In this document: positions 26,352 to 32,000 of the stretch, piece after piece | How positions within the stretch are numbered: position 1 is the stretch's first letter | Layout of the letters: every line of letters begins with the position of its first letter | Sequence record: KC821634.1 | Direction: 5' to 3' (one strand) | Origin: Cellulophaga phage phi47:1 | Length of the DNA: 32,000 nucleotides | The notes under the pieces: model-generated | Told to the model about the DNA's origin: nothing | The model's input: only the letters and a program-made list of their open reading frames with translations | The model's database searches: none | Position numbers and translations under genes: made by a program

Positions 26352-27095
26352 ATGGCAACGTTTAACATCAATAATAAAGAAGTTATAAGCCTCACAGCTA
26401 AACTAGAAAGGTTGAATAAATCAGCTTTACCTAGTGCTGTGAGAAATACTTTAAATAGAGCAGCTTTCGAGACGAAAAAAAACATTCCTCTTGTAGCTGC
26501 TTCAGTTTTTACAACTAGACAGAAGAGTTTTTTTAAAAGATTTTCAGTTGTTGAGAAAGCTTCAGGGTTTGATATAGATAGAATGCAATCAACAGTTGGT
26601 ATAACTACTAGGTTCAACCCTACTTTAGCTAAGAACTTGGATGCTCAGGAGTTTGGTGGTACTATTCAAACTGACAAATTAACCCCGCATAAAGACGCTA
26701 GGGTATCTAGATCCGATAGTCGTAGAGTTCAGTCTAAAAACTTCATTAACAAAGTTAACGCACATAACGCGACTAAAGCATTTAAAAATCATAAAGGTAC
26801 TAGAGCTTCGAAATTTGTTTCAGCTGTGATGAGTACTGTCAAAAGCGGTAAGCGACATATGATACTGCAGACTGGAGAGAAAGGTATGCTTTACGAGCTT
26901 ACTTCAGTGAGTTCAAATATTAAGTCTAAGAAGTTTAATTTTAAAATAAAAAAGCTTTATTCAGTAAATACAAAAACCAGCCATAAAGTAAAAGCAGCAG
27001 GGTTCATGAAAAAAAGCGTAAATTTAACGAATAAAAAATTGGACGAGTATTTTAAAGAGAATGCTGAGTTTCAATTTAAAAAAGCATTGAAATGA
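26352..27095 (+). CDS. Minor tail protein Z-like / tail completion candidate
   Basis: 247 aa basic protein, 'LERLNKSALPSAVRNTLNRAAFETKK', 'AQEFGGTIQ'. Located downstream of the fibres. Confidence 0.5.
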   Translation: MATFNINNKEVISLTAKLERLNKSALPSAVRNTLNRAAFETKKNIPLVAASVFTTRQKSFFKRFSVVEKASGFDIDRMQSTVGITTRFNPTLAKNLDAQEFGGTIQTDKLTPHKDARVSRSDSRRVQSKNFINKVNAHNATKAFKNHKGTRASKFVSAVMSTVKSGKRHMILQTGEKGMLYELTSVSSNIKSKKFNFKIKKLYSVNTKTSHKVKAAGFMKKSVNLTNKKLDEYFKENAEFQFKKALK

Positions 27096-28303
27096 GTTGG
27101 ACTGATAGATTAAGCGATATTAAATTTGAAATAAAGACTGGTGACGGAAAAACTTATTACCCGTTATGGGTTAGCTCCGAAAAGAGTAAAGATTTCAACG
27201 TTTCAAGATTTGATTTCATTAACCTTGAGGGTTCGTTAGTTGATAGAAAAAAACCTCAAGGAAGCACTTATCCTCTTGTATTTATGTTTCAAGGAGAAGA
27301 CAACATAGAGCAAGCTGAAGCGTTTGAAACTTCTAGCAACGACAATAGGATGTGGGTTATCCAGCACCCTTTCTACGGCACAATAAAAGGTCAGCCAGCA
27401 AACTTAAAAAGAAACGACAACAACTACAATACAACTGAAATATCCATCGACTTCTGGGAAAGTATTTTAGGTGATTTTCCTGAGGAAGCTATTTCTATAG
27501 TTGATAGTGTTGACGATAAAGCTCTTAAAGTAAAAACAATCAGTATTGGGTTATTTGTTGAAAATGCTGAACCAACCACAGCTGACATTGATACACTTAA
27601 GACAAATGTAACTTTATCTTCTAGTAAATTTTCCCCGGATTCTGGTTCTTACAATTCTTTTAATAATAGCAAGAAAACAGCTTTAAAAGCTACTGATAGC
27701 TTGGTGACTAAAACTGAAAACTCTTTCACTACAATCAACAAGATTTACGACGAACCGTCATCTTTCAATGTGCCTGTTCTTAAAAAAGTAAAGTCGTATA
27801 TAGAAGCTTATAAAGTCGTTAAGTTCTTAATTAAAAATAGATTTTCTAAATATAATTTCGAAAGTCAATCAGCTTATATTTTTTCAGGAATCTGCAAAAG
27901 TTGTGTCAATCCTCAAGAAGGAGATTACATAACTAGAAATGATGTAAAAGAAGTGAATGCTTTATTGATTGAAACTTATAAGGATTATCTTGAAACGCTA
28001 GACAGTAATCAAGTTGATATTTACGACACAAACAATAGCTGGTCACCTAACTTTCAAATACAAAATTCTTTACTTGAATTAATTACATTCACTTCTAAGT
28101 CTTTGTTTGATTTAGGTTTTGACGCTAAGCAAGAAAGAACTTACGAACTTCCTTCTGATAGTAATCTAATTGTACTTACTCATAGATTTATGGGCTTAGA
28201 TGCTAATGACGAAAATATAGAAACATTTAGACAAATTAATAAGATTAAAAACTCTGAAATATATAGAGTTCCTAAAGGCAGGTTAATAAAATATTTCGTA
28301 TAA
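27092..28303 (+). CDS. gp43-like DNA circularisation/tail protein
   Basis: 403 aa. 'GDGKTYYPLWVSSEKSKDFNVSRFDFINLEGSLVDRKKPQGSTYPLVFMFQGEDNIEQAEAFE', 'WVIQHPFYGTIKGQPANLK'. Confidence 0.7.
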   Translation: MSWTDRLSDIKFEIKTGDGKTYYPLWVSSEKSKDFNVSRFDFINLEGSLVDRKKPQGSTYPLVFMFQGEDNIEQAEAFETSSNDNRMWVIQHPFYGTIKGQPANLKRNDNNYNTTEISIDFWESILGDFPEEAISIVDSVDDKALKVKTISIGLFVENAEPTTADIDTLKTNVTLSSSKFSPDSGSYNSFNNSKKTALKATDSLVTKTENSFTTINKIYDEPSSFNVPVLKKVKSYIEAYKVVKFLIKNRFSKYNFESQSAYIFSGICKSCVNPQEGDYITRNDVKEVNALLIETYKDYLETLDSNQVDIYDTNNSWSPNFQIQNSLLELITFTSKSLFDLGFDAKQERTYELPSDSNLIVLTHRFMGLDANDENIETFRQINKIKNSEIYRVPKGRLIKYFV

Positions 28304-29322
28304 TGAAGATAAAAATAAATGGCGAGTTTTATAAGTTTTTCAATAAAGTAACTTTATCTTATAGTCTTGATGCAGTAGCTTCTTCGTTCTCGTTTGAAGG
28401 TAGATTTGATTTTAATAATGAAAAACATAAGCAGATTTTCAAGCCCTTGTCGTATCCTGAAGTTGAGATATACGATGATAGCGGAAATAAGCTGCTGACA
28501 GGGTTAATCGTGACTACCGCCTTAGGTAGTAGTCGTACTAGAGATTTGCAAGCTGTGGCGGGTTATTCTAAATGCGGAGTTCTTGAGGATTGCACTATAC
28601 CAGCAAGTTCTTATCCTTTGGAAAAATTAAGTGTTTCTCTTAACGATGTTGTTGAACGTGTTTTAGCTGATTTCAATTTGTCTTTTACTGTAGATGATTC
28701 AGCTGTTAACGCTATGCAACTAATTTACAAGAAAACTGTAGCTGAAGCGACTGAAAGTGTGAAAAGCTTCATATGTAAATTAGCTTCACAAAGAAATATA
28801 GTTACTAGTCATGACGTTGACGGTAATTTACGCTTTTTTAAGCCTTCTTTTAGAGGCAGCGGGGTAATTTACTTAAATAAAGAAAATAGTACTTCTATGA
28901 CGCTCTCAGCTAACGGACAAGCTATGCACTCGCATATATCAGTTATAAGACAGCCTGGAAAAGACAATAAAGCACTAACTCCTCTAGATACAATAATAAA
29001 TCCTTTAATTGTAAGAGAAAGACATATTGTGCAAACATTAACTTCAGGAACTGAAACCGATACCTTAAACGCTGCTAATTCATTACTATCAAAGCAGCTT
29101 AAAAATATTTCAATTACCGTTACTTTAAATAGAATAGAGAATGTAAAATGCGGTGATATAATTGAAGTTTTAAATGAAGAAATTTTTCTGTACAAAAAAA
29201 CCAAGTTAATTGTGTTAGCTATAAAAAACACATACAACCAACAAGACTCAGGGCAAATGGAACTTTCGCTAGTTTTACCCGAATCTTTCACAGGTGAAGT
29301 TCCTGTAAATATATTTGAATAA
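28303..29322 (+). CDS. Baseplate hub protein (gp44 / gpD-late-control-like)
   Basis: 339 aa. 'SFEGRFDFNNEKHKQIFKPLSYPEVEIYDDSGNKLLTGLIVTTALG', 'LAVEDF'-like hub pattern, 'RQPGKDNKALTPLDTIINPLIVRERHIV'. Confidence 0.75.
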   Translation: MKIKINGEFYKFFNKVTLSYSLDAVASSFSFEGRFDFNNEKHKQIFKPLSYPEVEIYDDSGNKLLTGLIVTTALGSSRTRDLQAVAGYSKCGVLEDCTIPASSYPLEKLSVSLNDVVERVLADFNLSFTVDDSAVNAMQLIYKKTVAEATESVKSFICKLASQRNIVTSHDVDGNLRFFKPSFRGSGVIYLNKENSTSMTLSANGQAMHSHISVIRQPGKDNKALTPLDTIINPLIVRERHIVQTLTSGTETDTLNAANSLLSKQLKNISITVTLNRIENVKCGDIIEVLNEEIFLYKKTKLIVLAIKNTYNQQDSGQMELSLVLPESFTGEVPVNIFE

Positions 29323-29827
29323 TATGATTAGTTTTAGTAGAGTAAGTGAGGTTATAATTAAGAATTATAACAAGATTTTAAAAGTTACTGAGCACGGAAC
29401 AAAAACTCCTGATGTAGCTTCAAGCTTCGGAGACGATTCTTCACCTTTAAAAGATATGGTTGCTATATTTGCTAAGACACAAGTTAGCGGTGAAGATGTT
29501 GTTATTGGTTATCTTAATCAGCACCAAATTGCAGAAGCTGGAGAGAAAAGAATTTTTTCAGTAAATCAAGACAACACTCTTTCCGCTGAAATACATTTAA
29601 AAAGTGACAATCAAATAGTAATAAATAAAGGCGAGGATTGGGCTGTTAAGTATAGTGAGTTGGAGAAATCTTTTAACCAACTTAGGGATGATTTAAATAC
29701 TATTGTATCTAGATACAATAGTCACGTACACTCAGCTCCAAACGGCGCTTCTACGCCATTACCTTTAGCTCAAGCGTCTACAGTAACTATAGACGCCGCG
29801 AAAAGTAGTGATATTAGATTACCTTAA
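29315..29827 (+). CDS. Baseplate spike/assembly protein V-like (gp45-like)
   Basis: 170 aa. N-terminal OB-like region, C-terminal 'SRYNSHVHSAPNGASTPLPLAQAS' with the HxH motif seen in phage central spikes. Confidence 0.7.
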   Translation: MNNMISFSRVSEVIIKNYNKILKVTEHGTKTPDVASSFGDDSSPLKDMVAIFAKTQVSGEDVVIGYLNQHQIAEAGEKRIFSVNQDNTLSAEIHLKSDNQIVINKGEDWAVKYSELEKSFNQLRDDLNTIVSRYNSHVHSAPNGASTPLPLAQASTVTIDAAKSSDIRLP

Positions 29828-30578
29828 CTCGTTGAATTAAAGTTTGCTTCAAGCCTTTATATTCGTTGTGTTTTATAGTAGCTTTTACTTTCGTGAATTC
29901 ATTGTCGCTAATTCCTGGAGGAGTAGTACCTTTGTAGACATACCCATTACCATTATCACTTATATAAGATCTTATGTGAACATATCCGTATTGAGACTCA
30001 AATCCAGTAGCATGTACAGTCTTCAGCGAAAGAATTACTTTTTCTTTGTCTTCATGTAAAAAAGAACTAGACTCAACTTTAATTCTGTGGTCGATTTCTC
30101 TTTTTGACAAATAACCGTCTTTTGTTTTAAATAACTCGCCTAATTCAATTAAGCGTTTTCTAGCTAAAACTCTTCTTCTTTTAATATGCATTTGACTCTC
30201 ATCAGCACCTCCATCAGCACCTTCTTCTTGATAAACTCTGTTTAATTGCCAAGAGCTTTCGCATAGCATTATTTCGCTTCCTTTATATAAACCAAAAGGA
30301 AAAACTTGATAAGGCAACGCGATTTTCTTTAATCTTTTAAAAGACCTAGTTTCGCCTCTTAAATCATCGTCAACGAAAACATTTTCAAGATTGAACTTTG
30401 ATTTGATTTTATCAACAGCTTCATCTTCGTTCATTGACAAATTTTGCATATAATTAAAGTTTGTTGTTACACTAACTAAATGACTCTTACCGTTAAACCA
30501 TTCGTAATTTTCTGATTTAGTGATATTCCAAAGTGTATAATAAACTGTAGCAAAACCTATGACGTACTTTTTTTCCAT
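29814..30578 (-). CDS. Hypothetical protein, unknown
   Basis: 254 aa ORF with phage-like codon usage. Tail-to-tail 14-bp overlap with the spike gene. Confidence 0.65.
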   Translation of the reverse strand: MEKKYVIGFATVYYTLWNITKSENYEWFNGKSHLVSVTTNFNYMQNLSMNEDEAVDKIKSKFNLENVFVDDDLRGETRSFKRLKKIALPYQVFPFGLYKGSEIMLCESSWQLNRVYQEEGADGGADESQMHIKRRRVLARKRLIELGELFKTKDGYLSKREIDHRIKVESSSFLHEDKEKVILSLKTVHATGFESQYGYVHIRSYISDNGNGYVYKGTTPPGISDNEFTKVKATIKHNEYKGLKQTLIQRVKVI

Positions 30579-30607
30579 TATATATCTGTTTTAAATTATC
30601 TACTCAA

Positions 30608-30638
30608 CAAATATATAACCATTATATTTAATATGCAA
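30608..30638 (-). promoter_or_regulatory. Bacteroidetes-type promoter for the 29814..30578 gene
   Basis: On the minus strand: TTG (30638-30636), 20 nt, TATATTTG (30615-30608), about 30 nt upstream of the ATG at 30578. Confidence 0.65.
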
Positions 30639-30649
30639 AACTTTTTGCA
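30634..30649. repeat. Inverted repeat TGCAAAA-ct-TTTTGCA, operator candidate overlapping the -33 box
   Basis: Perfect 7-bp arms with a 2-nt centre; the left arm contains the minus-strand TTG. Confidence 0.55.
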
Positions 30650-30650
30650 A

Positions 30651-30920
30651 TTATTTTTCCTTAATCAGTTCTTCGTTAGTTACTTCTAGTATTTTCAACA
30701 CTTCATTAGCGATGTAATCACTAGCTTCATCGTATCCATCTTTCTCATATCTAGATAGTCTTGAATATAGCGCTGTTTTACTAAGCTCTACACCGTTTTT
30801 TATTAGTTTGATAGCTAACTTATTCTTCGTCTTTATTTTAGCCATAGGCGGCTCTTTTTTAACTTGCTTTAAATCATGTATTAATATACATTCATCTATG
30901 TTTAGAAATTTTCTTGCCAT
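30651..30920 (-). CDS. Small hypothetical protein, possibly DNA-binding
   Basis: 89 aa ORF; an alternative start at the ATG at 30845 gives MAKIKTKNKLAIKLIKNGVELSKTALYSRLSRYEKDGY. Confidence 0.5.
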   Translation of the reverse strand: MARKFLNIDECILIHDLKQVKKEPPMAKIKTKNKLAIKLIKNGVELSKTALYSRLSRYEKDGYDEASDYIANEVLKILEVTNEELIKEK

Positions 30921-31330
30921 CTTAATGTTATTGATTTATGTTTTGCGTTTTTAATTATTCTACTTACTTGTTTAATCGTGTAACCTTCAAAATTGCCTTC
31001 ATAGCAATTAAGAGCTTGTTCTGATGTGAAACACATCCGCCAATTATTTTTCTTTGACATTTTCTCCCAAACTTTTCCCCATCTTACTTGAGCTTTAAGC
31101 TTAGCAATTTCATGACTAGACCCGTCAACTTTGATCTCTGTGGCAGCGTTGAATTTTTTATCTAAATAAATAAAATCAGCTACACCAGGAACAATTCCTA
31201 TTGACTTAGCTAAGTAAGCCTGTTTTCTGTTCGCTCTTTCGTTTGAAATATGAAATAGCTGTCCCCACTTTTCAGGATATTTCTGAGAATGTTTAACAGC
31301 TATTTCAGATTGAAGTTGTAATTCAGTCAT
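30902..31330 (-). CDS. VRR-NUC-like (PD-(D/E)XK) nuclease
   Basis: 142 aa. 'QLQSEIAVKHSQKYPE', 'GIVPGVADFIYL', 'AATEIKVDGSSHEIAKLKAQVRWGKVW' match the G-x-PD-L ... E-x-K ... Q pattern. Confidence 0.75.
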   Translation of the reverse strand: MTELQLQSEIAVKHSQKYPEKWGQLFHISNERANRKQAYLAKSIGIVPGVADFIYLDKKFNAATEIKVDGSSHEIAKLKAQVRWGKVWEKMSKKNNWRMCFTSEQALNCYEGNFEGYTIKQVSRIIKNAKHKSITLRWQENF

Positions 31331-31336
31331 CTAATA

Positions 31337-31999
31337 CTAGAATGGTAAATCGTCTTCTTCGTCTAGAGTTTCAGTGGAAGCTGCTCCAGATGTGTCGTTT
31401 GAAGTTGAGCTAAATTCCCAATCTTTCAAACCACCTAAAATTGGAGTTTTTTTCATTTCCTCTTTCTCTTCGTCGGAAGCTGCCTTGTATACTGAAGAAC
31501 CTACTTGTTGACTGACAAATCCATGCTGCTTAAAGTTGTCTTCTTTGTCCTTTAAATTCATTCTTATACTTAAGTATACAGCGCCATCTATCTCTTCTAT
31601 GAAGTTAGCTTTTAAAGGAATAAAAATACCTCTAATCTTCTTGTCTTTTTTACCCTTCTTCTCCATCATAACATGCTTCAATTTACTCAAAGCAATTGTT
31701 CCGTCTAGTTTTCTGACAACTGTAGCATCAGAATTTCCTGACGGCGATTGAGGTGTTGCTTTTTTAGACGATTTGTCTTTTTTAGACGATTTGTCTTTTT
31801 TAGACGATTTGTCTTTTTTAGAGTTTTTTTCTTTTGCCATCTTACTGTTTTTGTTTAAATTAATTATTTTTAAATTTTTACTCTTTGATATTTGCTTAGC
31901 TTCTTCTTTTGTCAAAACACCTAATCCGTAAACTGAACTAGGATTTTCTTTTAAACTTTCTTTTTGTTTCCAAAGTCTTTCGTTTTGAAAATAATACCG
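31337..31999 (-). CDS. Putative ssDNA-binding protein with SSB-type acidic tail; frame remains open at the window edge
   Basis: Ends ...ASTETLDEEDDLPF*, an SSB-style C-terminal tip. The track start at 31915 is TTG; the same frame continues without stop to 31999 (RYYFQNERLWKQKESLKENPSSVYGLGV...). The ATG at 31840 (MAKEKNSKK) is an alternative internal start. Confidence 0.55.
   Translation of the reverse strand, partial: RYYFQNERLWKQKESLKENPSSVYGLGVLTKEEAKQISKSKNLKIINLNKNSKMAKEKNSKKDKSSKKDKSSKKDKSSKKATPQSPSGNSDATVVRKLDGTIALSKLKHVMMEKKGKKDKKIRGIFIPLKANFIEEIDGAVYLSIRMNLKDKEDNFKQHGFVSQQVGSSVYKAASDEEKEEMKKTPILGGLKDWEFSSTSNDTSGAASTETLDEEDDLPF
31761..31814 (-). repeat. Three perfect 18-bp tandem repeats encoding KKDKSS
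   Basis: tttttagacgatttgtct x3 on the + strand, followed by a partial copy. Encodes SKKDKSSKKDKSSKKDKSSKK. Confidence 0.9.
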
Positions 32000-32000
32000 C

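Noticed and set aside
22888-29291. Minus-strand ORFs at 22888, 23535, 26348 and 28869
   Set aside because: Antisense to baseplate, gp48-like, fibre/Z-like and hub genes; most likely chance open frames.
29844-30059. Plus-strand 71-aa ORF opposite the 254-aa minus gene
   Set aside because: Antisense and Phe/Ser-rich. The minus-strand gene has a better promoter and composition.
31536-31751. Plus-strand 71-aa ORF opposite the SSB-tailed protein
   Set aside because: Hydrophobic shadow of a K/E-rich minus-strand coding sequence.
1-32000. CRISPR array, tRNA or rRNA genes, transposase or integrase
   Set aside because: No regularly spaced repeats, cloverleaf-like sequence or recombinase/transposase motifs were noticed. 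tRNAscan-SE or a CRISPR finder on the window would be decisive.

Overview
This window looks like the late (virion and lysis) module of a tailed phage or prophage from an AT-rich Bacteroidetes/Flavobacteriia host. That host assignment is inferred from TAnnTTTG promoter-like boxes, Q-ending signal peptides and codon style. The head genes are lambda-like in type and order: Nu1-like small terminase, gpA-type large terminase, gpW-like protein, gpB-like portal, S49 prohead protease with a possible nested scaffold, gpD-like decoration protein, and E-like capsid. The tail is Mu-like and contractile: sheath, tube, a tail chaperone with a probable -1 frameshift, tape measure, gp46/47/48-like, two fibre-like proteins with related N-termini, a Z-like protein, and gp43/44/45-like. 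Between portal and protease lie two unusual Sec-signal-bearing proteins (one tail-fibre-like; one 1094-aa protein with SGNH hydrolase plus pectate-lyase-like regions) and a lysis cassette (holin candidate, M15 endolysin, overlapping spanin-like pair). From 29814 onward a minus-strand block encodes a VRR-NUC-like nuclease, an SSB-tail protein and unknowns. The most noteworthy uncharacterised signals are: a possible ~85-nt RNA between terminase and portal bounded by duplicated promoter-like boxes; the exported fibre/depolymerase pair; the lipoprotein and membrane microprotein between the terminase subunits; an inverted repeat overlapping a good Bacteroidetes-type promoter on the minus strand; and the permuted Mu-type baseplate order. 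All family calls come from reading motifs by eye. No database search was run.
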